The notes: a model not told the origin generated them from the sequence alone. DNA of 64,000 bases from Mayamaea pseudoterrestris (GCA_027923505.1 BROI01000021.1:310001-374000); one strand, 5' to 3'; positions 19,087-31,422 are shown, numbered from the stretch's first letter. Numbers and translations are program-made.

Positions 19087-22068
19087 ATGTCGGACGCCAA
19101 CCAGCGAGATCCTGCTCATCCAGACCACAATCAAAACGATGACAACGACACTGAACGTCTTTTGGAGAATGCGCTCATTCCGGCCTTGATGGAAATGGCA
19201 ATTAGCGGACAGTTTGATCCAGAAACCTGCATTGATCGAAGCAAGGCTCGACTCCTCTTGCAAGTCACAGACAATAATGTTGACTTGGCGGCGCAGCTTT
19301 ACTGGGATGACTGGCTAGCTACGCAGCAGCAGCAGCAAGATCAAGGAGGTCGACTGCAGCAAGCGCCGCAGCAAGACGACGGAATGGAATCTGGTGATGA
19401 TGAAGCAATGAATGAGGCGCCTCCGCCACACGAGGAAGCTGCTGCTGCCAATAATGAGGCGAATAATGCACAGCAACGCCCGGTCATGGAGTTACTTCCT
19501 GACGATGAAGAGGATTATGTCCAGCGACTGGATGGAATATTTGAGCGGGCGCATCGCAATGAGCTTCATGTTCGTCGGCCGCCGGCGGGTCGAAGGGTGA
19601 ACCATGGATTTGCGGCAGCGGCAGCCATTGCCGGAGGTGAGGGTGCCGAGGATTATGTTGCAGCCGCTCGGCGGTTCATGGATCGAGCCAGGCGAATGCT
19701 GAATGGGCAGGAAGCTGATGATGACTTTATTAATGGCAATGAAGTCAATGATGGAGGGCAAATTGCGGACCGAAACGTTCAGGCTTTGGCGGATGAAGCT
19801 GCTGCGCGCGCTCGCAGATTCTTAGCGCAAGCACGTATCGCTCGTCAAGAAGAGGAGGAGGATCCAGAGCATGTGTCTATTTCGGATGACGAAATTGCTG
19901 CTGGTAGTCAAATTAGAAACGTGCTTGCAGCAAGGTCCCGAATTGGAAGTGCCGTGAGCGGTGATACTACGTCTTCGTCGCTGAAACGTTCTGCTATGGA
20001 TATTTTGTCTTCCACCCGAAGCAGACGACGAAAGCTACAGGATTGCTTGCAAAATGGCATGATGGATGAAAATGACTTTGATGTGAACGGCTTTCTCAGT
20101 GACAATGATTGGATTTGGGGCGCGATTCGTTCGTCACGCCGTAATCTTGCTGACAAGGCGCCTATGGAACTTTTATGGGGGCTTCCTGCGGAGAAGGCTG
20201 AAGTCGATGCAGAGACAGATGTTGATAGCAATGCGCCAGCAGTTAATAATGATCACGACGGCGATGATTCAAGTAATGAGCGTGTTCGTCGTGACGACGA
20301 TAGCAGCATGAACGTCATTGCGGATGATGATGTGGATGACGATTCAACGAACAACAATGATGGTCCTCCTGAGCAAATAACGGGAATTCCGACAACTTGG
20401 CTCAATGCGAGTTTCCAGTTGGATAAGGGTGCGACAGGTATAGCCATTTTCCCTCCAAGCGAGGACGATATAGGATACTTTGCGTGGCAGGCTCGGCAAA
20501 AGAATCAGTCCGAAAACACCAGAGCTTCGGTTCCTCCTCCATACCACTGCCGCGCAATTACATCTATTGCTTCTATTGTCACTGCGTTGATACATACTGG
20601 TGTCCATGCGCATAGGCGACAAATTAGTCCTGGTTGGCGCAAACCATTTCTGGAGCTCGACAAGGATGATCGCAAGCGCGAGTTTCACGATCGACTTGCT
20701 GATGCGCTGGCATGCCTTTTAGTAATTGCAGCCAATGCTTCGGCGAAGCGAAAAGAGACTGCACTGCACAAGCTCAAGGAGGAGGCAATGGTAATGGCCA
20801 AGAAGCTGGAGGATGACGTGGGGCTTGAAGTTCTGAATCAAGCAGAAAAGGGCAAGTGGCATATTCTTGAAAGCAAACTTCAGCTATGTCCGACTTGTGT
20901 GTGGGAGCATGAACCGGAAGTTCAAGTTTTCGAAGGTCGTTGCACAAGTCGGAACGTCTCATTTACGACATCGTATACAAATATAAATGATTTACGATCG
21001 TTTGTCAAGGCACAAATGAACCAATTTACTTCATCAGGAGGAATGGCGCTTTTCTTGGAAAATATTTTACGCTTTCACGGTGAGGACGCAGTCAAGATGA
21101 TGATATCCCTCTCACGACGCTTGGATTCGTCGAAGACTAATGATACTTCGCATACTTCGAAGTGTTTGATTAATTGCACATGCCACGAAACTTTTAGGAA
21201 GAAGCTTGAGGAATGCACGACAGCTGCTAAGGTTCGCTCGCAATTTCCGTATTCAATTCGTGTTGATACAAGTCCACCTGGCCATGGTTGCTTCTCGACA
21301 GAGTTGCTGAGCCTTTTGTTGACTGGCAGAGTGTGTTCGTCCTTAGAAGGGTGGTCAACTGGATCCCTATGCTTTGGAATATTGACAGATTCCGTAACAC
21401 ATGTATCCAAAGGGTTGACTCGTCCAGAGCGGCCAATATGGGTTTTGCGGGGACCGACTTTATACTCGGCGCTTTGGGTTGATTATATGAAAGGGCCACA
21501 ATCATCGTCGTTCGATCCAAGGTTTGATCAGCCAGGAAGCGCAGCTATAATGACCCACTGGAATCCATGGTTTGGTGAACGTCGGAAGACGAATTTTCGA
21601 ATGATTCTTGATCGAGACTTGAAAGAAGCGCGTGACGCCAAGGCAACGCCGCTTGCCGACGAAGTTAATTTGAAGACCAGTGAGATTAAGTCAATGTCTC
21701 TACTTGCAGATCGCCAAAACATGAGGGCTGCTTTGTCAAAGGTGCTTGCTGGAACAGAGACTTTTGACCCATCAGTGACGTTTACTCGTGAGAGTTTGGA
21801 TCGAATAGTTGCCAACCCCGATGACCAAAAGTATTATCCGCGCAAATATCAACTGTGGAGATTTGATATGGGCGAGGAGCCAGGTGATAACCAAGAAGAC
21901 AAGAAACCGAGAGGCGTTATGTGGAAACCATTTCATCGCCTGACTAGCAGCGAGAAAATTCTTGTCGAGGCAAAGTTGGGACCGAAAATCAGAACAATGC
22001 TTTGGATGCGCTGGCCGAGAGCCACGGTTGATTCGTTCGAGCCCGCTGATCCTGAACCAATTGTCTAA
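19087..22068 (+). CDS. UBA-like + MINDY-3/4 (DUF4205)-like deubiquitinase-fold protein, probably inactive
   Basis: UBA-like KARLLLQVTDNNVDLAAQLYW. MINDY3/4-like blocks GMALFLENILRFHG, GHGCFSTELLSLLLTGR, FGILT, GLTRPERPIWVL and terminal IRTMLWMRWPRATV. Confidence 0.6.
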   Translation: MSDANQRDPAHPDHNQNDDNDTERLLENALIPALMEMAISGQFDPETCIDRSKARLLLQVTDNNVDLAAQLYWDDWLATQQQQQDQGGRLQQAPQQDDGMESGDDEAMNEAPPPHEEAAAANNEANNAQQRPVMELLPDDEEDYVQRLDGIFERAHRNELHVRRPPAGRRVNHGFAAAAAIAGGEGAEDYVAAARRFMDRARRMLNGQEADDDFINGNEVNDGGQIADRNVQALADEAAARARRFLAQARIARQEEEEDPEHVSISDDEIAAGSQIRNVLAARSRIGSAVSGDTTSSSLKRSAMDILSSTRSRRRKLQDCLQNGMMDENDFDVNGFLSDNDWIWGAIRSSRRNLADKAPMELLWGLPAEKAEVDAETDVDSNAPAVNNDHDGDDSSNERVRRDDDSSMNVIADDDVDDDSTNNNDGPPEQITGIPTTWLNASFQLDKGATGIAIFPPSEDDIGYFAWQARQKNQSENTRASVPPPYHCRAITSIASIVTALIHTGVHAHRRQISPGWRKPFLELDKDDRKREFHDRLADALACLLVIAANASAKRKETALHKLKEEAMVMAKKLEDDVGLEVLNQAEKGKWHILESKLQLCPTCVWEHEPEVQVFEGRCTSRNVSFTTSYTNINDLRSFVKAQMNQFTSSGGMALFLENILRFHGEDAVKMMISLSRRLDSSKTNDTSHTSKCLINCTCHETFRKKLEECTTAAKVRSQFPYSIRVDTSPPGHGCFSTELLSLLLTGRVCSSLEGWSTGSLCFGILTDSVTHVSKGLTRPERPIWVLRGPTLYSALWVDYMKGPQSSSFDPRFDQPGSAAIMTHWNPWFGERRKTNFRMILDRDLKEARDAKATPLADEVNLKTSEIKSMSLLADRQNMRAALSKVLAGTETFDPSVTFTRESLDRIVANPDDQKYYPRKYQLWRFDMGEEPGDNQEDKKPRGVMWKPFHRLTSSEKILVEAKLGPKIRTMLWMRWPRATVDSFEPADPEPIV

Positions 22069-22141
22069 CATCATAGTCTAAAATGTCGCAACTGATTTGT
22101 TGTATAACGAATCGCTTAGGGCGTTTAGCAAAATGTATCGT

Positions 22142-22819
22142 CTATTCTAAATCTCCCCGATAGACTTGCTCCGTCTCTTCTATCCACTGGTCAACATTTC
22201 GCTCCGCATTTTGCCGGATTACGCGAGCCATAGCCTCCCGACCAGAAAGTTGTGTCTCTTCCGATAGCAAGCGTCCCTGATACATGGCTTGCCAAGCCTC
22301 CGAATTGTGCGAGAGCGACAAGTGAACGCCATTTCCATTCACATAGCTGCTGCACGTTAGCACGAATCCGTCATTTACCACGTCTTTCGAAAGATGAGGA
22401 TTCAGTCCATCCGTTCCTTGATATAAGTTATCAAAGACACTATCCTCGTGATGTCGAGCGCTGCATGAGAGGCAGCAGCCGCGTCGGCATTCGGACGGTA
22501 AATCCGGCAAACCGACTTCTTGAGCAACGTTGCGTCGCTCCATGGCACTCAAAATGCTTTCGTTCTGCATCACAAGAATTTCACGAGACATTCCTTCATA
22601 GGAAACTTTGACTGTATACGATGATAGCTCGGTTGGTGTAGCAGCTGCGTTCAAGGTATTGCGACATCGTTGCATCATGTGTGACTCGTGTGACCGGTTA
22701 CGGCTTGCCTCGTACCTCTTGCTTGCGATGGCGAGACTGCGAGCAGATCTGGGAACAAGTAACAGCAGTACCGCTGTCCATCTCCTCAATGATCTAAAAA
22801 TCTTACTTTTACGTAGCAT
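22142..22819 (-). CDS. 2Fe-2S ferredoxin with C-terminal extension (FdC2-like), probably organelle-targeted
   Basis: LPSECRRGCCLSC...GFVLTCSSY plant-type cluster ligands. Hydrophobic N-terminus. Start uncertain. Confidence 0.78.
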   Translation of the reverse strand: MLRKSKIFRSLRRWTAVLLLLVPRSARSLAIASKRYEASRNRSHESHMMQRCRNTLNAAATPTELSSYTVKVSYEGMSREILVMQNESILSAMERRNVAQEVGLPDLPSECRRGCCLSCSARHHEDSVFDNLYQGTDGLNPHLSKDVVNDGFVLTCSSYVNGNGVHLSLSHNSEAWQAMYQGRLLSEETQLSGREAMARVIRQNAERNVDQWIEETEQVYRGDLE

Positions 22820-23049
22820 GATATCGAGATTCTGCCAGTACGTCTCCCATCTCCTATCATCATGGTGGTGCGAGGACGGATGGCACGCACCTCGATCCAA
22901 AAAAACCTGTGCGACACAAGGTATCTGTCTGGCTACTTACTGTTAATCATTTTATCTGCTGTTAAGGCCGAACAAGACTCGGATATTTCCTCCTGTGTTT
23001 GCGTTACTACAAAGGTAAACATTAAATGTTTCAGCTTACTGTAATACTT

Positions 23050-26000
23050 CTACGAGACGTTTACACCTTCCGACAACAAGGAGTGACGGACAGTGGACTT
23101 GCCACCATTGGACTGGGTCGAATCCTTGTTCGTCTTTTCTCCAAGGGCAGGCATTGGAGGAACAAATCCATTCTGTTCGCCAGCTGCACCAAACTTGGCT
23201 GGGTCAATAGTGACTGACTTGGTACAATTGTCCGTTTTATAGATTCCAACCAGACGATCCGCCAGCTCGAACATATTGTTTCGGAGAGAGATAATGATGA
23301 ACTGAGCATTTTTCGTGCGCTCCTTGATGTAGTTGGCGACAATAGAAACGTTCTTAAAATCCAGAGCTGCGTCAATTTCGTCCATGACATACAAAGGCGT
23401 TGGTTTGAAGTGATGAAGCGCAAACACAAGTGCGAGTGAAGATAAGGTCTTCTCTCCGCCAGAAAGGTTACTAATGTTTTTCCACGACTTTTTGGGAGGT
23501 CGAACGGAGAAGACGATTCCTTCGGAAAAGGGATCAAGTGAGTCGACTAGCTCAAGCTCTGCGTCGCCGCCTAGTGTAATCATTTGATACATTTCCTTAA
23601 GCTTGAGCGTGATGAGGCTGAACCCTTCCATGAACATATCAAGGCGCATCTTTCGAAGGTCGTCGTGCGTCTTCCGGACTGCGTTGCGTTCCTCCGTCAC
23701 TGCTTCGAGATCGGACACACTGTAAATGACGATGCGAATCACGAAAATTGAGTAATTGACGCGAACATTTTTTGTCGTACTTGCCATCGAAAACCATTTA
23801 CTTACCGAGCAAGGTAGTCCGTCTCCTTCTTCTTATATTCGGCAATGGCTCCCATATTTGCATTCTTTGCCATAGCGGATTTCTCGGCAGTCAGGATTTC
23901 AATGTCGTCCTTGATTTTTCGCTTGGAATATTTCTCTAGCGCCGCATGCGAAAATGTGGGTAGTGAGTTCTTCGTCTTGGACTTTGGCTGATCAGGCATT
24001 TCCGTTGGACCCAGCACTTCAGCATCTGCATCGAAAAGGTTGTCCATCGCAGACCCGCCACTGTCATCCTTCGTACTGCATTGAACCTCTTCATCGACAT
24101 CCATTGCGTCCTTGCTAACTTTCTCAGAAACAATGTCGTCGTCGTCGCCTTCGTCGTCTGATAAATCATCGTCTTCATCGTCTTCCTGAGCAGCTGACCG
24201 AAGATTTTCAATGGACTTGGTCCAGTGCTTAAGACGTTTTTCGCATTCGGTGGCTTGCTTCTTTCGGTCGTCAATCTTGGCAAAGAATTCAAGCTCGACA
24301 GATTTAGCATCCGAGAGGGATTTTTGAAGCACTTCAATCTCTTCTTGAATAGAATCAAGCTCTTGACGTTGCTCTTTCTCAAGCGCCATAACTGCTTCAT
24401 ACTGCTTCAATACAGCTTCGGCGTCTCCAGTCAAAGATTCTCGTTCAGCCTTCTTCTCATCCAACTTGGTCTGTGTCTCCTTCAGCTTCGACTCAGCGGA
24501 AGCTTTGGCAGAGGATGCCTTCGCCATAGCCTTTTCGCTCGAAGTGATTGCGACTCGCGCCAGATTTAGAAGCTTCTGCGTATCATTGAGAGCTTTCAAA
24601 GTCTTCTCGCATTTCTCCTGCTGCTTCTTTAATTTTGGTCCACCGGCATCTAGAATGGCTTTTTGCAAACGGTCAACCGCTGCTTGAAGTCGTGACGCTT
24701 CTTCGACGCAAGAAGACATGTCGTCTTTGCACGTTTCGACAACTTTATTTAATTCCCGTAGCTCCTTCTCGTCCCCTGCGCTAAGTTTGCTTTGAGACTT
24801 GAGTTCAGGGATTAATTTTGTCAGTTCTGTTCTCGTCGTATCGAATCCAGCGATTTCCATCGATAGCTTCGGTAACTTGCTTTCGTACGCCTTGATCCGT
24901 TGCTTCAACTGACGAATCTCGTCCAATAAATCTTTGCGTTGTGTACGCAAGTCGTGAAGCAGCTGTTGGCATTTTTGAACTTCTCCTTCGAGTCTGTCAC
25001 AATCAGCCGAAATATCATCCAATTCCTGATTTCCTGTTGAAGGACTTGCAGCGTTCTGTGTGTAAAGTTCAAAAGTGAGAGATTGCAATATCCATGAAAC
25101 AGCCAAACACATTTCCACTTACTCCAATTCGCATGCCTCCCTTCGAGACGGAAGCGCCACCACCGGACATGGTACCGGAGCTCTCGATAAGCTTGCCGTC
25201 TGCAGTCACGACTCGCCAGCGCTTACCAAAGTCATACGCCCAACGCGAAGCCGTTTGGATGTCTTCGGCGACCAAAGTGTTGCCGACGCACTTGTATATA
25301 GCGGGAGTGACACTAAAGTTCAAGGGAGTGATCAAGTCGAACAACCGGGGTGCGCCTTCAGGAGTCTCAACTTGACGATCATGCGCACCCTTGTGGAGCT
25401 TGTCCAGAGCAATGCAAGTAACTCGACCGAGGTTGTTTTTGCGAAGAAACTCGAGGATCTTTGTAGCACCAGCACTTGTTTGAACCACAATCATGTTTAA
25501 TTTCCCACCGCAGGCTGTCGAAACAGCGACGTCGTACTCTGCAGGAATGGTTGCCAAGTCACCTAAACGTCCGAGAATGCCGACTTGGGACAGCGGCCCG
25601 TTCTTTTCGGCGGCCTTCAAGACAGCTTGGACCGGTTTGGAAGCAATCGATTTGTTTGACTGAGCGTTCGCTTTCGCTTGCTCGCTGCGAATCTGTTACG
25701 AAATAAGAAAGGTTAGATTTCAATAGCCGAGCACAATCATAACTTGTGGACACATTTACATACCATGAGATCTTTCATCTTGATGCTCAACTTTCCCTCC
25801 TTTTCGGTCAAAACCTTGCATTCGTTTTCGGCGTCAACTATGCGATTCGAGCTTTCCGTCAGCTCATCCTGCGTTGTTGCGAGTTCACTGCGCGTCGACT
25901 TTTCCTTGTCGTCCAGTGACAAAACTTCCGTTTCAGCTTCCGCAAGTTTGGCTTTGGCGCGAGTAGTGGCGTCTTCTAAGAGGCGAACCTTTGTCTCGGC

Positions 26001-27386
26001 AGTGTCGAGCTTGTTTTGAAATTTCGATCTCTCCTGCTGGATTGGAGCGAGCTCCTGCGTCTTCACCTCAAGTTCCGCTCGGAGTTGCTGCGTAACGCCT
26101 TTAGTTTCTTCGTGAATAGTCTCCAATTTCTCGTCTTCTTCAGCTTTGGAAATAGATAATTGCTCAATCTTTGCCTCGAGTCCTGGAAGACTCTCCGTCG
26201 CTTCTTCTCTCTTCGCTGCCGCCGTCTCCTCATTCTTGGTTTCAGCGACAATTTTGGCCTTGAGCTTTTTGATTTCGTCCTTGGCATGCTTGATCTCCTC
26301 CTTGAACTTAATATCCTTTCGCTCAAACGCAGTAAACTCGTCTTTGGTCTTTTTGAGCTCAGCGTGTGTCTTGTCGTACGCAATTTGCTGTGGTTTCATG
26401 TTTTCTTCAATCTCTTTGAGCCGCGATGTCTCAAGCGAAACTGCTTCTCGCTTGCCATCCAGTTGCTGATTGAGTTCGTCCAAAATAACTCGGCATTCGT
26501 CCAGCTCGGTGCGCGCCGACATGCTTTCAATTTGGTAAAGAATGTTTTGTTTGCATCGAATCTCGCGCTCCTTGGCCAGCAGTGCTTGCGCTTCCAATTT
26601 GGCCGACTCGAGTCCCTCCAGTTCCTTCTGTACAGCCTTGACTCGATTGAGCTTCTCGTCTCGGTGCTCCGACAGTACTTCAAGCTGCTCCATGGCCTTG
26701 TTCGTGTCCTCCACGTACTTGTTGCTGCCGATAATGTCTTCCAAGTATTCGAGCAAGCCCTCGTCATTTTCATTTTTGGCCTTGGGCGGCATCATGGAGA
26801 TCATTTCAACTTCGCCCTGCAAAATCAAGAATCGATTATTGTCGAGATCAATGCCATTCGCTCCAAGGTAGGCTGCAACGTCCTTAAATTGACAAGTCTT
26901 GCCATTGATCTTGTATGTGCTGCTGTTGTTCTGAAAGGCAGTCCGGCTGACGACGCACTCCGAGTTTGCCACAACGCGATAGTCTTCCGCTCCTTCGCCA
27001 GTGTCAATAATTTTGTGAAAGTAGACGCAAACCGTCGCCGACTCGCAATTGGCGTGCGCCGAGCTCTTGTGAATGAGCTCTCGCACCTTGTTCAACCGAA
27101 GCTTCTTGGCGCGCTTGCCAAAGACAAAGAGCATGGCATCAATGACATTCGATTTGCCACTTCCATTTGGGCCAACGACGCTAGAAAAGCATTTATGGAA
27201 GGGACCAATCTCTTTTAGCCCGGCATAGCTCTTAAAGTTTTCGAGTGACTGTTGAAGACGGAGCGAGTGTGTAAGAGAGAGTGTCATTGTAATCATCAGC
27301 ATCATCTTGATACACATGAGGCGCCACTAGCGTACCATTTTCTGAATGGCTAGACGTGGAGGCGGAACATCCATCTCCTCCTCCAT
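23050..27386 (-). CDS. SMC4: Condensin subunit SMC4; introns 27249-27335, 25693-25763, 25056-25122, 23720-23805
   Basis: PRLAIQKM|SLENFKSYAG, GPNGSGKSNVIDAMLFVFG, hinge GRLGDL...GTMSGGG, VRPPKKSWKNISNLSGGEKTLSSLAL, MDEIDAALD. Splice sites restore the frame. Confidence 0.96.
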
Positions 27387-27643
27387 GGTTGGTGTTGGAG
27401 GAGGAAGAATCTCGCCGTCGCTCTCGTTGAGGTCGCTCATGGTCAAGCTGAACGATCAATGAAGGTGCGCAGCCGACCAAAGACGGCAACGATTGCGAAA
27501 GATACCATTTGTGACGTCATGTCAGTTTCAGTTTAGTCACGAACGTGACTGCAGCGAATCTGCGCGCGGCCATGGCGCGAAGATCGCGCCGTGCGTCCCT
27601 TTTCGCTTCATTCGTCATCCGACCACAGGAACTGATTCGAAGG

Positions 27644-29293
27644 ATGCTTGTTTTGCAAGTTGTTCAAGCTCTTCGTCTAAAGTCTATAGCTATATTTATT
27701 GTCGTTTCGTTATTGCCTGCGCTTGGCTTTTCCGTCATGACTACTCCATCCACCACAAATCTTGCAGCAATTCTCACTCCAACCGCCAATTCTTTTGCCT
27801 CTGCAAACGGCCTATTGATCGAAAGGAAGCGCTCGGATGGGGTGGGAACATACTTGGAAGGAGCACCCATTTCGTTGTTGCCAAACGCCTTTCCGGCAAA
27901 GGCTTTTCAAGATGCCGTCGATCTTGCGCCGGCGTTCAACGTCCTTGTCGATCGCATAAGTCGCGACCACAAGTTTCTTTCCGATACGCTACAGAATGTC
28001 GTTCAAGCAGACGAGTTTACTGGGAAGCTGCTTGAATTCTATATGGACATTTACGTTCATGGCGACGAGTCAAAGTTTCAGTTTGCCCGCAACGCCGATC
28101 GTCTTGGAATTCATCGATCCGACTATATGCTTCACGCGGACAAGGGAAGCAATGTTCCAGGCATTAAGCAGATTGAACTCAACACCATTGCATCCAGCTT
28201 TGCTAGCTTGGCCTGTCAGGTGGCCTCGCTTCATACGTTTTTGCTCAATCGCTTTGACTCTGACGAAGTGAAAGCTGTGTTGCAAGCGAATGCGGCAGTT
28301 GTCGTGGGTCAAGACAATGTCATTGCCGACGGAGCCGTCCCCAAGAACCAGGCACTGGAAAAGATTGCCAATGCGATCCATGCTACCATGGAAAGATATA
28401 GAGAGCGACATGCGCCTACCCAGCCACTCGTCGTCCTCTTTGTGGTGCAGCCCGGTGAAACAAATACGGTTGACCAACGTATGCTCGAGTTTCAGCTCTG
28501 GCAGCAACATGCCCTTCCCGTCGTCCGACTTGGTTTGGCGGAGATTGATCGGGAGTGTCGTGTTGATGAAGCCAATGGGGCCTTGTACTATCAAGACAAG
28601 GAAGTTGGTCTTGTATACTACCGCGCCGGATACACGCCATATGACTATCCGACTGATGTCGAATGGCAAGCCCGTTTCATGTTGGAAGCGACGCGCGCTA
28701 CAAAGTCACCCTGCTTGGGATATCACTTGGCTGGTACGAAGAAGGTGCAGCAGCAGCTGGCTCGTCCGGGCGTTTTGGAAACGTTCTTTCCCGATGAATT
28801 AGAGACTGTCAGCAAGCTGCGGAAAGTCTTTGCAGGCTTGTACAGTCTTGGGGACGACGTGACAACCTCGGATTTGGATGCCGTTGCAGACGCATTGAAC
28901 GGCAACCACGAAATGTATGTGTTAAAGCCGCAGCGAGAAGGTGGAGGCTATAATTTCTATGGCGAAGGCCTCAGACAAAAGCTGTCGGACAATGTGCAAG
29001 GTGGGGGAGCTAACGACAAGCTCACCATTAGCAATAAGTTGGCCGAGTTCATTTTGATGGAGCGTCTGTTTCCTCCACAGCAGGAGGCTATCCTGCTACG
29101 AGGTGGACGTGTTGAAGGAACAGGAGACAGCATTTCAGAGCTGGGATGCTATGGAACTGTTCTCGCTTCTCCTCGAGGGGAAGTTTTAAACAACGAATAC
29201 GCTGGTTTCTTACTGCGCACCAAGTTTAGCAATGTAAACGAAGGAGGTGTAGCGTCGGGCTTTGCCACACTGTCAAGTCCATACTTGTGTTAA
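27644..29293 (+). CDS. GSS: Glutathione synthetase (eukaryotic type), predicted plastid presequence
   Basis: RSDYM, KQIELNTIASSF, YYRAGY.P.DY, HLAGTKKVQQ, KPQREGGGYN, NEGGVASGF. Signal followed by ALG-FSV. Confidence 0.93.
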   Translation: MLVLQVVQALRLKSIAIFIVVSLLPALGFSVMTTPSTTNLAAILTPTANSFASANGLLIERKRSDGVGTYLEGAPISLLPNAFPAKAFQDAVDLAPAFNVLVDRISRDHKFLSDTLQNVVQADEFTGKLLEFYMDIYVHGDESKFQFARNADRLGIHRSDYMLHADKGSNVPGIKQIELNTIASSFASLACQVASLHTFLLNRFDSDEVKAVLQANAAVVVGQDNVIADGAVPKNQALEKIANAIHATMERYRERHAPTQPLVVLFVVQPGETNTVDQRMLEFQLWQQHALPVVRLGLAEIDRECRVDEANGALYYQDKEVGLVYYRAGYTPYDYPTDVEWQARFMLEATRATKSPCLGYHLAGTKKVQQQLARPGVLETFFPDELETVSKLRKVFAGLYSLGDDVTTSDLDAVADALNGNHEMYVLKPQREGGGYNFYGEGLRQKLSDNVQGGGANDKLTISNKLAEFILMERLFPPQQEAILLRGGRVEGTGDSISELGCYGTVLASPRGEVLNNEYAGFLLRTKFSNVNEGGVASGFATLSSPYLC

Positions 29294-29460
29294 CTTAAAT
29301 GTGTTATAAGCTTTTAGGATAACGATCCATCAGCGCTACTTTCTAAACGATACACATCATAATATCACCGTCCTCGCTCCCCTTCCCATTCCGAGCGAGC
29401 CGACAATGAACAAATAGTAGGGACTCGATTCAATGACGCGACACCGGCAGCGTCGTGGCC

Positions 29461-31080
29461 TTAAAGGTCACTAAAGCGATTTGGGTCAGGCTTTCCAATC
29501 GTGTGCACCTCAAATCCAATTTGACGAAGCTTCACGGGGTCAAGCAAATTGCGTCCATCAAAGACAAACGCCGGCTTGGCCATGGACTTGTAAATCTTCT
29601 CATAGTCGTACTCCTTGAACTCGTCCCATTCCGTCAAAACACAGAGACAATGGGCTCCGGCGCAGGCAGCGTACGGGTCCGACTCGGTAATGACTGCCTT
29701 GTCCAAATTGGGCGTGTTTTGGTGGTTGACGCCACAAGTGTAGTCCATTTCGAGCCACATGTCCTCGCGCTTGACCTGAGGATCGTAAATGTGAATGTGG
29801 GCTTGCTCGGCAATCAAATCGCGAACGACAAACATGGATGGCGTCTCGCGAACATCGCCCGTATCCTTCTTAAACGCATAACCAAAAACGGCAATCTTCT
29901 TGCCCGTGACAGTGTTGAACATAGTCTTGACAACCTGCTCGGAGAATCGCTTCTTTTGGTAGTCATTCATCTTGATGACCTGGTCCCAGTAGGCAGCGCA
30001 CTCCGACAATCCGTAAGTCTCACACAAGTAAACCAAGTTGAGAATATCTTTTTGAAAGCATGAACCTCCAAATCCAACCGAGGACTGAAGAAACTTCTTT
30101 CCAATGCGTGCATCCATGCCCACGGCGCGCGAAATCTCCGAAATGTCAGCTCCCGTCGCCTCGCACAAGGCTGAAATAGAGTTGACGCTCGAGACTCTCT
30201 GGGCCAAAAAGGCATTGGCCACAAGCTTGCTCAGTTCTGACGACCACAAGTTTGTCGTGAGGATTTGCTCGCGGGGCACCCAATTGGCATAGACACTAAC
30301 AAGTGTCTCCGCCGCCTTGAGTCCAGCCTCATTCTGCTGCCCTCCAATCAAGACGCGATCTGGCTTCATGAGATCGGCAATGGCAGTTCCCTCGGCGAGA
30401 AACTCGGGGTTGCTCAGAACCTGAAACTCGATTCCCTTGTCGTTCGCCTTTAGCACGCGAGCAATCGCTTGCGCCGTGCGCACCGGCACTGTCGACTTTT
30501 CCACCACAATCTTGGGTCCCTTGGAAACCTGCGCAATGGTACGAGCGCAAAGCTCGCAGTTCTTGATATTGGCAGCTCGGCCAGCTCCAATTCCTTGCGT
30601 CTTGGTGGGAGTATTGACCGAAATAAAAATGATATCGGCATTCTCAATCTCCTCCTCAACATTGGTGCTGAAGAACAAGTTGCGGTCGCGCGACTCATTC
30701 ACCACCTCGAGCAAACCAGGCTCGTAAATGGGAAGCTCTTGTGTCTTCCACGCATTGATTTGCGTCTCGTTAATGTCAACGACGCAGACGCGAATCTAAA
30801 ATGCACAAGTAGAGGTTGCGTGTGAGTTTGTGTGTGCCAAGTGCCAATAGAAAGCAGAATGATCAAAGAAACACAAGTCTACAGACTCAACGCTACAAAG
30901 AATGCATTCGACCTTCCAGCGCATCAAGTCAAGAAGCGAACATGGCCGACAGAAATATGGCCTCTTCCGTAAATAATATTAGCGTACCTTTGGGCAGTTC
31001 TTGGCAATCACCGCCATGGTAGGTCCACCGACATAGCCGGCTCCCATGCAACAGATCTTGAGGTCCCACTGATTGCTCAT
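29461..31080 (-). CDS. UGDH: UDP-glucose 6-dehydrogenase; intron 30796-30987
   Basis: [69 protein letters not shown]. Confidence 0.97.
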
Positions 31081-31422
31081 TGTTTAGTATTGCTTGTAGA
31101 CGTGTAAGGACTTGACGACTCGTGTCGAAATTTGCACTTGTGAGAGCAAGACGCTTTGTATTTTGATGGAGACCACAGAGCGGCCGATCAAGTCGAATGA
31201 CGACAAAACGCACGATCGTGGACCAACTGGCCGCTGCGCATGCGCGCGCGCGGGTCATTCTCGTCCAGCTGACGTCATTAAGTAACGGTCCGACGTTTGT
31301 CACGCGTCGCAGATCTTCCAGCGCGGTCCGCCATGGCACAAGCTGCGGCGTAGATGGATCGGTTTATCGGCAGCCGCTGTCGTTACAAGAGTCACTCACA
31401 TTGCAACTACCTAGTAGCAGTC

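Noticed and set aside
26160..27218. 352-aa ORF on the + strand
   Set aside because: It is an antisense shadow of SMC4 with no recognisable motifs, explained by the codon usage of the sense gene.
29455..30063. 202-aa + strand ORF
   Set aside because: It is antisense to the highly conserved UGDH; a shadow ORF.
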